Virus record (IMG/VR): IMGVR_UViG_3300025018_001404 | Coordinates: 13,644-77,643 of that record | Strand: one strand, 5' to 3' | DNA from: a virus | DNA length: 64,000 nucleotides | In this document: positions 7,950 to 17,866 of the stretch, in pieces | How the letters are laid out: each line of letters begins with the position of its first letter | How positions within the stretch are numbered: position 1 is the stretch's first letter | The notes under the pieces: model-generated | Database searches by the model: none | The model's input: the letters and a program-made list of their open reading frames with translations, nothing else | What the model was told of the DNA's origin: nothing | Made by a program: the position numbers and the translations under genes

Positions 7950-8234
7950 ATGGCTGAAGCGGTTTGGATGGCCTACAAGACTACGGGTGCTCAGGGTGGT
8001 CAGTCGTATATCGATGACATCCTTATGGTGCTTGTCAATGCGGATGACGCCCAGACGGAGGCTCAGGTGAAGACCACGGCTGATGGTCTACTGGAGACTG
8101 CCGGGTATGATCTTCCGAACACGTACTTCGACTCGGCGGTGATTATCAGCGACCTGACTGCTGGCCCGCTGAAGGACGCTGGCGATCACTACATCGTCCG
8201 TCCGCGCAGCATCGTGAAGGTCGAAGGCGCTTAA
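7950..8234 (+). CDS. Small virion structural protein
   Basis: 94 aa, RBS AGGAGA, followed by a terminator hairpin. Confidence 0.65.
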   Translation: MAEAVWMAYKTTGAQGGQSYIDDILMVLVNADDAQTEAQVKTTADGLLETAGYDLPNTYFDSAVIISDLTAGPLKDAGDHYIVRPRSIVKVEGA

Positions 8235-8257
8235 TAGCGTCCTCTGAGGGTGGCCGA

Positions 8258-8298
8258 GAGGGGCGGGGCTGAGACATGCCTTCGCCCCTCATTTCTTT
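8258..8298 (+). terminator. Intrinsic terminator
   Basis: GAGGGGCGGGGC-loop-GCCTTCGCCCCTC plus ATTTCTTT. Confidence 0.6.
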
Positions 8299-8309
8299 GA
8301 GGTGATGTC

Positions 8310-8921
8310 GTGACTCTTATTGTAGAAGATGGAACGGGGCTGACGACGGCGAACGGGTACATCGCCGCGTCGTATTTCACGACCCACTTCACAGATCGTG
8401 GGATCGATGTGTCGGCGTATAATACCGCTGCTGTCGAGGCGGCTATCGTCCGCGCCACAGACTATGTGGATAAAAGATTCGGCCCGAAGTTTCGTGGTTT
8501 CCGGAAGACCCGTCTACAGGCGCTGGAATGGCCGCGACTCGATGCCTTCGACAACGATGACTACCTGTACTATTCGGAAGACGCCGTACCGCGTCCGCTG
8601 GAGAAGGCTGTCGCTGAGTACGCCCTTCTTGCGGCGCAGTTGACCAATCTTCTCCCGACCCCCGCCCGCCCATTCCCGGTCCTTGACCCCGTGACCGGGA
8701 CAGTGACTTCCTCCGCGTCTGGTGCCCTGGACTTCGAGTCCAAGAAGGTTGGGCCTATCGAGGTCAAGAAGTCCTACGTGGACATGTCCCAGATATCCAA
8801 CACCTACAAACCGCAGGGGTCATCCGTCACGTCGTCGTTCAACCTGCCAGAGTATCCAGTAGCGGATGAGTGGATTCGTGAACTGATCAGAACCGGCTCC
8901 ACCAAGCTTGCGAGGGCCTAG
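8310..8921 (+). CDS. Head-tail adaptor (DnaT-like family)
   Basis: LIVEDGTGL..ANGY..., ATDYVD, QALEWPR, KVGPIEV.Y motifs. Confidence 0.8.
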   Translation: MTLIVEDGTGLTTANGYIAASYFTTHFTDRGIDVSAYNTAAVEAAIVRATDYVDKRFGPKFRGFRKTRLQALEWPRLDAFDNDDYLYYSEDAVPRPLEKAVAEYALLAAQLTNLLPTPARPFPVLDPVTGTVTSSASGALDFESKKVGPIEVKKSYVDMSQISNTYKPQGSSVTSSFNLPEYPVADEWIRELIRTGSTKLARA

Positions 8922-9307
8922 TGGCGTTCGACTATACCGATCTTGCGGCCACGGCAAAGGAACTGATCGAGGACTTCGGCAGGACGATCACGATTCGCAA
9001 ACTGGATACTGCTCCCACGGATGTGACGAAACCTTGGCGTGGACAGGGGACTGCGCACACTTCCATCACGCCTATCGGTGTCGTCCTGGATTATGACGCT
9101 AAAGACATTGATGGTGAGATCATCCGGGCGCGGGATAAAAGGGCCTATATCGCCGCAACTTCTGCGGTGGTTAGCGGGAATGACTTGTCTACATTCGATG
9201 AAGTCGTAGACGATTCGATCACTTACCGAATCATCAAGGCAGAGCGCCTGAAACCAGGCAGCACTGATCTTCTGTACACACTGCAACTTCGAACGATGGG
9301 GACCTGA
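8921..9307 (+). CDS. Head closure/stopper protein
   Basis: DY..LAATAKELIEDFGR...IDGEII..D motif; neck-gene position. Confidence 0.7.
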   Translation: MAFDYTDLAATAKELIEDFGRTITIRKLDTAPTDVTKPWRGQGTAHTSITPIGVVLDYDAKDIDGEIIRARDKRAYIAATSAVVSGNDLSTFDEVVDDSITYRIIKAERLKPGSTDLLYTLQLRTMGT

Positions 9308-9308
9308 T

Positions 9309-9740
9309 ATGCCCATCACTTCTACCACTGAAGCGCGTGATGCAATCCTCACATTGTTCAAGACAGGTTGGGATGCCCAGGGAGGCTCTGTGCCTGTCGT
9401 TGTATACGATGATGACCCCGTGCCCGATCCCAATCTGTCATCCGAATGGATCAGGGTAATGGTCCAGCACATGGACGGTGAGCAGGCGACCATGGGGAGT
9501 GTCGGGAATCGCAAGTTCTCGCGCTACGGCCAGGTATTCATGGCTATTCATACGAAGGTTGGAACAGGCCGAGTCCGTGCCGATGTTCTTGCTGAGGTAG
9601 CTAACAATATTTTCGAAGGTGCGGCCACTGGACTTGATGATGTTTGGTTCAGGAATGTCCGTATTCGTGAAGGCGGTAAGGACGGTATTTACGCCATCAC
9701 CAATGTGATCGCAGACTTCGAATACGACAGACACCGATAG
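9309..9740 (+). CDS. Tail terminator protein
   Basis: WIRV..QH...QATMG...G.V...IHT..G.G pattern; precedes tail tube. Confidence 0.7.
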   Translation: MPITSTTEARDAILTLFKTGWDAQGGSVPVVVYDDDPVPDPNLSSEWIRVMVQHMDGEQATMGSVGNRKFSRYGQVFMAIHTKVGTGRVRADVLAEVANNIFEGAATGLDDVWFRNVRIREGGKDGIYAITNVIADFEYDRHR

Positions 9741-9747
9741 TCCCACG

Positions 9748-9781
9748 GGGGTTACGAAGTCTGGTTTTAATATTGTAAAGT
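9748..9781 (+). promoter_or_regulatory. Putative late promoter motif, copy 3
   Basis: GGGGTTAC-N19-GTAAAGT upstream of tail tube gene. Confidence 0.55.
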
Positions 9782-9814
9782 ATTTTATCCGCTAGATACG
9801 AGGAAGTTATTTCC

Positions 9815-11746
9815 ATGGCTGCTGTTCTTAAAATTGATTCGAACGTAACTGGTGGGCGATACGCCGAGGAGACCTCTATTGGTACTCTTCCTGGTTCGCC
9901 CGTTTGGTATCCGATTGAGCCTAACAGCTATGACAACTTCGGTGGCAGCTATAGCACTGTAGCGCGAAACCCTATCAATCAGTCACGCCAGAATCAGAAG
10001 GGCGTTCTGGTTGATCTTGATTCGAGCGGCGGCTTCAACACCGATGTGACCCACACCAACCTGCTTCGTCTTTTGCAGGGCTTCTTCTTCGCGGATATTC
10101 GTGAGCCTTTCGACACTTCTTCCTACGCTGCTACGGCTCTTACCGATGTCGCCGTGGATGGTACTGCCAATGACTACACGGCAGCGGCGCTGGGTATCTC
10201 CAGTAATGTGTTCGCCGGTTCTCTGCTGTATGCTTCGGGCGCTTCGACTGCCGCGAACAATGGCCTGAAGGTGGTTGATGGCACGACTGCGGATACTGCG
10301 ATCAGTGTGACTGACACTGGCCTGGTGACCGAAGCTGCTAATGGTGCTCTCCGTATCCAGGTTGTTGGGTTCCAGTTTGAGACTGCGGACCTGACAGTCA
10401 ATGCGACTGTGTCTGACCTTCCGGCGCTTGAGCAGGTGCTTGCAGCGGCTACCAGCGACCTGACAATGTCTGTTGGCGCGGCTGCTGACGGTGAGACGGT
10501 TACTATTGGAAGCCGTGTTTATACGTTCAAGGACCCCTTTGTTGACGCTGCGAACAATGTCTACTCCGGTGCAGACCAGTCGGCGTCAGCTACCAACCTT
10601 ATCGCCGCGATCAATGGGGCCGCAGGCGCTGGCACTCTGTACGGTACCGGCACTGTAGCCCATGCCGACGTAAGCGCGGCTACGGGCGGTGCTGGTGTTG
10701 TGACCGCGACAGCACGTGTCGGTGGTGATCCTGGCAACCTGATTGCTATCGCCGAGACCATGTCAAACGGCGTGTGGTCTCCGACTGGCTTCCTTGCCGG
10801 TGGCGGGGGTGGTACGTCCTTCATCTCCATGGGTTTGATCCCCGGTCAGTTCATTTACATCGGCGGTGATACGGCAGCCACTCTGTTCGCTACCGCCGCG
10901 AACAATGGTTGGGCGCGTGTTCATGCCGTGGCGCATGATGTCCTTACTCTGGACAAGACCACTGGTACTATGGTTGACGACACCGGTACCGGCAAGACCA
11001 TCCAGATTTTCTTCGGAAAGGTGCTGAAGAATGAGTCTGATTCAGACCTGATCGTTCGCCGTACCTATAACTTCGAGCGTACCCTTGGTGCCCCGGATAG
11101 CGCCCTTCCGACTGAAGTGCAGGCCGAGTATCTGACGGGTGCGGTGGCCAATGAACTGACTCTGAATTTCAGCCAGGCTGACAAGATCACGGCTGATATC
11201 TCGTTCATGGCGACTGACTATGAGACCCGTACCGGTGCTGTCGGTGTGAAGTCTGGTACTCGTCCCGCCATCGTCTCCGAGGATGCGTACAACACTTCGA
11301 ACGACTTTGCGCGCCTCAAGATGACGCTGCTGAACCCGACCGACTCGAACCCGTCCGCGCTGTTCGCCTACGTGACCGACTTCTCGATTGGCATCAACAA
11401 CAATGCCTCTCCGAACAAGGCCATCTCGGTTCTCGGTGCGTTCGATGTCAGCGTTGGTAACTTCGTGGTTGAAGGTAACACCGAAGCGTATTTCTCGACC
11501 GTAGAAGCCACGGCTGCGATCCGCAACAACAGCGACGTGACCATGGATTGGGTCCTGGTAAAGGCCAACAAGGGTATGTTCTTCGACGTGCCTCTGATCA
11601 CTCTCGGTGAAGGTCGTCTGAACGTCGAGCAGGATAACCCGATCAAACTGCCGCTGTCCCTGATGGCTGCCGCCGATCTGACCTTTGACCACACAATGAT
11701 GTGTGGATCGTATAGCTACCTACCAGATGTAGCAGACCCGTCGTAA
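9815..11746 (+). CDS. Major tail tube protein with inserted beta-sandwich-like domains
   Basis: KIDSNVTG.RYAEE..G.LP..PVW..EPNSY..FGG..VARNPIN.SRQ..KG, YuA-like tail tube; 643 aa. Confidence 0.85.
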   Translation: MAAVLKIDSNVTGGRYAEETSIGTLPGSPVWYPIEPNSYDNFGGSYSTVARNPINQSRQNQKGVLVDLDSSGGFNTDVTHTNLLRLLQGFFFADIREPFDTSSYAATALTDVAVDGTANDYTAAALGISSNVFAGSLLYASGASTAANNGLKVVDGTTADTAISVTDTGLVTEAANGALRIQVVGFQFETADLTVNATVSDLPALEQVLAAATSDLTMSVGAAADGETVTIGSRVYTFKDPFVDAANNVYSGADQSASATNLIAAINGAAGAGTLYGTGTVAHADVSAATGGAGVVTATARVGGDPGNLIAIAETMSNGVWSPTGFLAGGGGGTSFISMGLIPGQFIYIGGDTAATLFATAANNGWARVHAVAHDVLTLDKTTGTMVDDTGTGKTIQIFFGKVLKNESDSDLIVRRTYNFERTLGAPDSALPTEVQAEYLTGAVANELTLNFSQADKITADISFMATDYETRTGAVGVKSGTRPAIVSEDAYNTSNDFARLKMTLLNPTDSNPSALFAYVTDFSIGINNNASPNKAISVLGAFDVSVGNFVVEGNTEAYFSTVEATAAIRNNSDVTMDWVLVKANKGMFFDVPLITLGEGRLNVEQDNPIKLPLSLMAAADLTFDHTMMCGSYSYLPDVADPS

Positions 11747-11749
11747 GAC
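11729..11749 (+). repeat. 21-bp direct repeat, copy 1
   Basis: GTAGCAGACCCGTCGTAAGAC, identical to 12010-12030. Confidence 0.95.
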
Positions 11750-11770
11750 TATATAAGAAGGAGAAAGACA

Positions 11771-12013
11771 ATGCATTATCGCGATGGTCGCGAGGCCAAA
11801 AACGGTGACAAAATTGTGAAGTTGGAGGGCGGAAAGATCGTTGCTTTTGGCGTGCTCCACAGCGCAACACCGGGTAATGACTACTGCAACGGAAACATTG
11901 CAGTCATTCAAACGCAGAACGACTACGCATGCATGGTAGACTGTCTGCATATTGATACCGTAGAAGATATGCTTGCCTCCACCCATCTCGATACTCGTCC
12001 GGTGGGTAGGTAG
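11771..12013 (+). CDS. Hypothetical 80-aa Cys/His-containing protein in a repeat-flanked cassette
   Basis: RBS AAGGAG; MHYRDGREAKNGDKIV...DYCNG...ACMVDCLH; stop codon lies within repeat copy 2. Confidence 0.85.
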   Translation: MHYRDGREAKNGDKIVKLEGGKIVAFGVLHSATPGNDYCNGNIAVIQTQNDYACMVDCLHIDTVEDMLASTHLDTRPVGR

Positions 12014-12030
12014 CAGACCCGTCGTAAGAC
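12010..12030 (+). repeat. 21-bp direct repeat, copy 2
   Basis: Identical to 11729-11749. Confidence 0.95.
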
Positions 12031-12050
12031 GATTTGATTTGCAAGAATTA

Positions 12051-12077
12051 GCGAGGGGCGTAAAGCCCCCGCATTTT
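12051..12077 (+). terminator. Intrinsic terminator after tail tube/cassette
   Basis: GCGAGGGGC-GTAAA-GCCCCCGC-ATTTT. Confidence 0.6.
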
Positions 12078-12090
12078 ACCGGAGACTAAG

Positions 12091-12546
12091 ATGACGAAGA
12101 CTGTTTCTGTCGCTGATGAAGACGGCCTGGACGATTTTGCGGGCCTGTTCAATACCTACGAGACTGACCCGGCTGCGGAGAAGGGTGGTATTACTCTCCG
12201 CTTCGAAGATATTGACCTTGTGATTGCTCGTGCTGGTGGTGCGAACCGCCGTTACGAGAAGACCCTTGAGGCAAAGTTTCGTCCCTACCGCCGCCAGATC
12301 GATACCGGCACCATCGACCCTGAAGTGATGATGGGTATCCTGCGCGAGGTGTTCGCGGATACCGTCGTGCTGGGTTGGAAGCGTCCTGATGACCGTTCTG
12401 ACTTGGCTCCCCTGCCTCCGTACAGCCGTGAGAAGTGCATCGCGCTGTTCAAGCGCCTGCCTGACCTGTTCAAGGAAGTGCAGGAGCAGTCTGCCCGCAT
12501 GGCGAATTACCGTGCCGCGCAGTTGAAGGAAGACGCAAAAAACTAG
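12091..12546 (+). CDS. Tail assembly chaperone (gpG-like)
   Basis: IARAGGANRRY...PYRRQI...FADTVVLGW...LPDLF; ends at A-AAA-AAC-TAG. Confidence 0.85.
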   Translation: MTKTVSVADEDGLDDFAGLFNTYETDPAAEKGGITLRFEDIDLVIARAGGANRRYEKTLEAKFRPYRRQIDTGTIDPEVMMGILREVFADTVVLGWKRPDDRSDLAPLPPYSREKCIALFKRLPDLFKEVQEQSARMANYRAAQLKEDAKN

Positions 12547-12878
12547 TTGCGGTCCTGCTCTACGATCTGGAGCAGGGTGACAACGAAGAAAAGATCATTC
12601 AGCAGGCGCGTCAGAACAAGACGCCTCTGCCTGACAAGATTCTGAATGCACCTGTCCTGCTTCCGGGACTGGCGTTGTACTACCAGGCATTCATAGAACT
12701 CTCGACTTGCAGGAGTACGGGTTTCGGCATCGGGCCGATTCCTGTACCTGCGATTCGCCAGTATGGACGAGAGGAATATTCGTTCAAAGGCGAGGAACTG
12801 GAAGGGTTCGTTACCCTAGTAAAAGAACTGGACGTAGCGTATCTTAAACAGAGGAATTCTAGTACACCAAGAAAATAG
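12091..12878 (+). CDS. Tail assembly chaperone gpGT-like, via -1 frameshift at 12537-12543
   Basis: AAAAAAC slippery heptamer; the -1 frame is open (KLVAVLLYDLEQ...AFIELSTCRSTGFGIGPIP) to 12878. Confidence 0.8.
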
Positions 12879-12885
12879 CAGGCTT

Positions 12886-13371
12886 ATGGCGCGGCCCTTT
12901 AGTGATCTTCCGAAAGTTATTAACGGGTTGGGTACGGCACTTGGTCAGGCTGTCAACGAAGTGATTCCGACTACTGCCCTGCGCCTGCACTCCGATCTTG
13001 TGGATAGTACGCCTGTTGATACAGGGCGGGCGCGTTCGAACTGGCGCGTGTCCTTTAACACTCCCGACCATTGGGTCATCGATCCCTATTATGAGGGGTA
13101 CAAGTTGGGTCGCGGTGAGACTCGCAATGCCGCGCCTACCAAGGCACTCGCCAAAGCTGTCATCCAGAATATCCGAGGGAATAACGGTGCCTTCCCCAAG
13201 AATTTCAAAGTCTACATCTATAACAACGTAGATTACCTGGGCCTGCTGAATAACACCAGCCATTCGATGCAGAACGTCCCCGGATGGGTGCAGCGCGATA
13301 TCGCCCACAATGTTCACAAGATGGCCTTCCGCCTGGTTGAGCGGTTCAAGGCGCGGATCAGGAGTCTGTAA
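12886..13371 (+). CDS. Tail completion protein (HK97 gp10-like)
   Basis: TPVDTGRARSNW and YIYNNVDYL..LN..HS motifs. Confidence 0.8.
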   Translation: MARPFSDLPKVINGLGTALGQAVNEVIPTTALRLHSDLVDSTPVDTGRARSNWRVSFNTPDHWVIDPYYEGYKLGRGETRNAAPTKALAKAVIQNIRGNNGAFPKNFKVYIYNNVDYLGLLNNTSHSMQNVPGWVQRDIAHNVHKMAFRLVERFKARIRSL

Positions 13372-16300
13372 TGGCAACTGAACGCTTTGAAATTGTCATC
13401 GATGTCCGAGGCCTTAATCAGGCCAACCAGCAGTTCCGTCAGTTTGGGCAGCAGACCAAGCAGGCACAGCGCCATGTCCAGGAGTTTCAGAGTACCCTTC
13501 GGTTCCTGCGGGCGTCCCTTGTAGCGTTCGCATCGGTCAAGATCGCCAGCAGTTTTCTGGAGTTCGCTGACTCTCTGACCGCCGTGCGTAACCGCCTTTC
13601 TCAGGTAACGGTAACTACAGGCGGTGTAAATGAGAAACAGAAACAGCTATTCGACATTGCGAGGCGGTCCAGGTCTGCACTCGAATCAGTTGCAATTCTT
13701 TATACCAGAATGGCGTTGTCTGCAGATAACCTGACTCAGTCACAGGCAGAACTTCTGAAGTTCACTGAGTTGACGACGAAAGCTACAGCAGCGTCGGGTG
13801 CGACTGCATCTGAAGCTAGGAACGGTTTGATCCAGTTGGCCCAGGGCATCGCGTCCAACCGTCTCGGGGGCGACGAACTGCGGTCTGTGTTGGAAAACCT
13901 GACGGGCGTGTCCCTGGCGTTGGCATCAGGTCTCGGTGTTACCAGAGGTGAACTTCGTAAACTCGCAGAGCAGGGTGGCCTGACTTCTGACGTGATTGTG
14001 AAGGCGATCCTGTCTCAGGAAGAGATGATCGAGAAGTTGTTCGCCAAGACAACGCCAACGGTCGGTCAAGCGTTCGAGGTACTGCAGAACAGCGTCATTC
14101 AGTCTCTCGGTGCGTTTGACAGCGCCACGGGTGCTTTGCGCGGTATGGCGGGCGCAATCCTGTTTATCGCTGACAACATGAATGCTTTGGTCAGCGTAAT
14201 CATATTCTTCGCGGCCCGGATGCTGATCGTGGCGAAGAACTCACATTTCGTTGCTATGGCTCTTGCGTCGATCCGTACAGCGGCTGCAGGTGCGACGGGC
14301 GGGTTCGCTGCTCTATCGGCCACGTTCGTTGCAACCCGCGCAACCTCTGGGCTACTCGCGGCTTCACTGGTCACCTTGAGGACGGTTGTACGCTCCCTGT
14401 TCGGTCCAGTGGGTATCGCTCTGGCGATCTTCGGCTTGATGGAGTTTCAGGGCGGGGCTACCGATGCTGAGAAGGCCATCGAGAAGCTGGCCGAGCAGAT
14501 GGACTCACTCAAGAAGAATTTTGACATCACTACTAAAAGTGTTGTCGGGTTTAATGATGAAACTCGTAAGCAGGCAGTAACAGACCTAAGCAAGCAGATC
14601 GCCACTCTTACCCAGAACTTGGCGGACCTACGCTCCGAAAACTCGAATAGTACCGCTGTGCTAGGAGGTCTGGACCTTCTAGGTATTTCGTCTTTTGCGA
14701 CTCAAGTCCAGAAGATGGAAAACGAGATTACTAAGGGGATCACCGGTGCCCTGTTCAGTGACGTTGACGCTGGTGCGTTCGGACAGGCGGGTGACATCAC
14801 CAGGCAGTTTAAGGAAGGGGCACTGTCGGCCACTGATTTGATTGAAAAGTTGGAGGAGGTGGCAAACCAGGCGAGTGGTCCTACGAGAGACGCTATGCTT
14901 CGCCTTACAGTGTCGTTCGAGGGCCTGTTGCAACCACAGTTGCAGGCGGAGAAGGGCCTTCGTGATGCTGCCTTCCAGATGAAAGTTCTGACTGGCGCAG
15001 CGACTGAGGCTGACTACGCTTTGGCTGGTTTCATCAATACCGCCAAGAATATGTCAGATACCGAAATTCTAGCGTCTCTGAATAAAACTGATCCTCTGAT
15101 GAAGGCGCGAACTACTCAGGCGACGGAGAACCCTATTCTTCAGTCGGCTGTGGATAGAGGCCTGCTTCCCGCCGCTTATGGCAGGGCGCAGATGGCTCAG
15201 AACGACTCGGCGGTAGAGAGACTCGCTGACCCTGGCGGGTTCAAGGTCAAGCAGGAAACGGAACAACTTGAAGCTATGCGGGCGTCTACTCCGGCGGCCA
15301 AGGCGTTGCTGGACATCCAGCGTATGGGCCTGCCCCTCATGGAGAAGACCACTCAGGAACGCCTGAAACAGTTGACGGCTATTTACGCCCAGCAGGATGC
15401 CCTTCAGAAAGGTCGCCGCGAGGCTGAGTCCGACGCAAGCCGCATGGAGAAGCAGTACAAAAAGACTCGCGGGGCACTGACCTTTGAACTGGCATCCTTG
15501 CAAGGCATCACGGGTGAAGCCGCTGCCATTGCTCGCGCCAAGTCCAAGATTGCTGACTTCGATAGCCTCAGTGCGGGCAAGCAGAAGGAAATCCTTGGGA
15601 TAGCCCTGGAGATCGACCGCCTGGAGTCCCGTCGTGCCTTGAACCCTATCGAGGGTGCCAAAGCCGAATTCCAGAAAGTTCAAGACCAGATCAGTGATCT
15701 GAGAGACTCCGGGACTATCGAAGGTCCTGAGGCGGCGAACATGCTGGCGGCTCAGACCGAGCAGTACCGCCAGGCTCTCGATCCGTTGAAGTATTTCAAC
15801 GATGAAATGGATCGGGAACTTGCTCTCATGGGTTTGACCGATAGGGAGCGTCAGGTCGAGATCGCTACTCGTTCCACGTTGCTCGATCTGCAGTCCAAGG
15901 GTGTCGATATCGGAAGCCTGGAGAACGGTGTTATCCATGATCAGGTGAAGGCCACCTTGGAACGGAACAGGCACGCCGAAGAGTACAAGGACATCGTCAA
16001 AGACATTAATGGCCCCCTGGAAGAACTGGCTGAGAAGCAAAAGCTGATCAACGAGGCTATGGAGGCAGGGGCAGTTAGTTACGAGAAAGGTACTCGGGCA
16101 CTGATGGACCTTCGTCTTGAGGCTCTACGGTTCAACACCGATACAGCCTCTGGATTCGAGCGCGGTTCTATCCAGGTTCTCAAAGAGTTCACCGATACCT
16201 CTCAGTTGGCAGCAGACACTGTTGTCAACGGATTTCGCCGTGCTGAGGACGCCTTGGTTCAGTTCGCTACAACCGGCAAGACGGCGGGCTTCAAGGAGAT

Positions 16301-17228
16301 GATCAACGGTATTAACGAGGACCTGATCAGGTTGTCGGTGCGAGAGGGTATAATGAAGCCACTAGCGCAGCTATTCTTCGGAGACATGGCTGCTGACATG
16401 GTCGGTGGGAAGCCTGATGGAACCAGGTCGAACCCTATAAACGTCCGGAACGTGGACGGGGTGTCGTCAGTAAGTCCTACCGGCAGCCAAGGTCTTTTTG
16501 GTGGACTCCTATCCTCTATATTCGGAGGCGGCGGTAATCCTGAGAGTGGATTAGACGGCGTCGTAACGGCTGTCACTCAAACCCCAGAGAACGTCTCTGA
16601 CGCATTTATTGTGGGAAACTCTGTAACCTCTGATGGCATCGTTAATTCTTTTGCATCAGGTACAGACGATTTCACCAATGGTTTTACTCAGGCGGGAGAC
16701 AGGTTTAACTCAAATCTTGCCTTGACCCTAGCCATGGGCGGCGGTGGGAGTAGCAGTGGCGGTGGTATGAACTTCGGTGCCCTTGGGAAACTCCTTGGGC
16801 AGTCCGATGCCGTGGGAGGCATGTTCGGAGGTGGGGGATTCGGTGGTGGGTTCAGTCTTGCCGATGGTGGTGGGATGCCTTCTGGAGGATGGGACCTCTC
16901 CGGTCTGCCCGTGAACAACGACTTCAGCAGCGTGCTGGACAGTGATCTAGCTGGGTACGGGTACGCTTCAGGAGGCTCCTTTACTGTCGGTAGCCGCAAT
17001 AGTGCCATGGCTCTACCCGGCATGGATAACCGTCTGGTGCAATTCCGCGCCCGTGACGGAGAGACCGTGCACGTGTCTACCCCAGGTCAAGGGCCAGGGG
17101 GCGGCGGGGGAACCTATATCACCATGAATGTTAACACCCCAGACGCGGAGAGTTTTCAAGTCAACATGCAGCAGATTATGGCTGGCATGTACGCCGAGAT
17201 GAATAGGCAGAATATGAGAAATAATTAA
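13371..17228 (+). CDS. Tape measure protein
   Basis: 1285 aa helical; QLAQGIASNRLGGDELRSVLEN tape-measure motif; C-terminal YASGGSFTVG. Confidence 0.95.
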   Translation: MATERFEIVIDVRGLNQANQQFRQFGQQTKQAQRHVQEFQSTLRFLRASLVAFASVKIASSFLEFADSLTAVRNRLSQVTVTTGGVNEKQKQLFDIARRSRSALESVAILYTRMALSADNLTQSQAELLKFTELTTKATAASGATASEARNGLIQLAQGIASNRLGGDELRSVLENLTGVSLALASGLGVTRGELRKLAEQGGLTSDVIVKAILSQEEMIEKLFAKTTPTVGQAFEVLQNSVIQSLGAFDSATGALRGMAGAILFIADNMNALVSVIIFFAARMLIVAKNSHFVAMALASIRTAAAGATGGFAALSATFVATRATSGLLAASLVTLRTVVRSLFGPVGIALAIFGLMEFQGGATDAEKAIEKLAEQMDSLKKNFDITTKSVVGFNDETRKQAVTDLSKQIATLTQNLADLRSENSNSTAVLGGLDLLGISSFATQVQKMENEITKGITGALFSDVDAGAFGQAGDITRQFKEGALSATDLIEKLEEVANQASGPTRDAMLRLTVSFEGLLQPQLQAEKGLRDAAFQMKVLTGAATEADYALAGFINTAKNMSDTEILASLNKTDPLMKARTTQATENPILQSAVDRGLLPAAYGRAQMAQNDSAVERLADPGGFKVKQETEQLEAMRASTPAAKALLDIQRMGLPLMEKTTQERLKQLTAIYAQQDALQKGRREAESDASRMEKQYKKTRGALTFELASLQGITGEAAAIARAKSKIADFDSLSAGKQKEILGIALEIDRLESRRALNPIEGAKAEFQKVQDQISDLRDSGTIEGPEAANMLAAQTEQYRQALDPLKYFNDEMDRELALMGLTDRERQVEIATRSTLLDLQSKGVDIGSLENGVIHDQVKATLERNRHAEEYKDIVKDINGPLEELAEKQKLINEAMEAGAVSYEKGTRALMDLRLEALRFNTDTASGFERGSIQVLKEFTDTSQLAADTVVNGFRRAEDALVQFATTGKTAGFKEMINGINEDLIRLSVREGIMKPLAQLFFGDMAADMVGGKPDGTRSNPINVRNVDGVSSVSPTGSQGLFGGLLSSIFGGGGNPESGLDGVVTAVTQTPENVSDAFIVGNSVTSDGIVNSFASGTDDFTNGFTQAGDRFNSNLALTLAMGGGGSSSGGGMNFGALGKLLGQSDAVGGMFGGGGFGGGFSLADGGGMPSGGWDLSGLPVNNDFSSVLDSDLAGYGYASGGSFTVGSRNSAMALPGMDNRLVQFRARDGETVHVSTPGQGPGGGGGTYITMNVNTPDAESFQVNMQQIMAGMYAEMNRQNMRNN

Positions 17229-17866
17229 TGGCTTTCAGAGATGCCAGACTCCCGGAGAATATTGAACGCGGCGCAACAGGTGGCCCCGGATTCAGCACGA
17301 CTGTGCTTGAGCGGAAATCAGGCCATGAGAACCGTAATGTGAACTGGTCTCAGACCCGCGCCAGGTACGATATTGGGTATGGCCTGATGAAGAAGGGGGC
17401 TGGTTCTACCCGCGACTTCTCGACTGTCCTTGCGTTCTTCTACGCCATGAAGGGCAAAGGCTACTCATTTCGATTCAAGGACTGGTCTGATTTTGAACTG
17501 GACCGGCAAAAGATAGGAGAGACAGACGGGGCTACCGCGACGTTCCAGGCGTACAAAAGATATTCTGCCGGGGCTTACAATCATGACAGGACCCTGACGA
17601 AGATAGTATCCGGCTCGTATAGTGTGTGGGTAGACAATGTTCTGATTACTGAAGGTGTAGGAGGCAGCCAGTTCAGTATCAACCTATTGACCGGGGTTGT
17701 TACCCTTGGCGGGACTTTAGCGGCTCAGACTGGCACAGACATTGATTTCGAATGCGAGTTCGATACACCAGTTCGGTTTGATATCGATGACTTCAAAGTA
17801 GCCATGACGACCTACGAGGCTGGCTCCATTCCGACGATTCCCCTGATTGAAGTAAAAGTTGATTAA
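17228..17866 (+). CDS. Distal tail protein (DUF2460, GTA-like)
   Basis: GATGGPGFSTTV...SGHE.RN.NW...GKGYSFRFKDWSD...EFDTPVRFD. Confidence 0.9.
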   Translation: MAFRDARLPENIERGATGGPGFSTTVLERKSGHENRNVNWSQTRARYDIGYGLMKKGAGSTRDFSTVLAFFYAMKGKGYSFRFKDWSDFELDRQKIGETDGATATFQAYKRYSAGAYNHDRTLTKIVSGSYSVWVDNVLITEGVGGSQFSINLLTGVVTLGGTLAAQTGTDIDFECEFDTPVRFDIDDFKVAMTTYEAGSIPTIPLIEVKVD

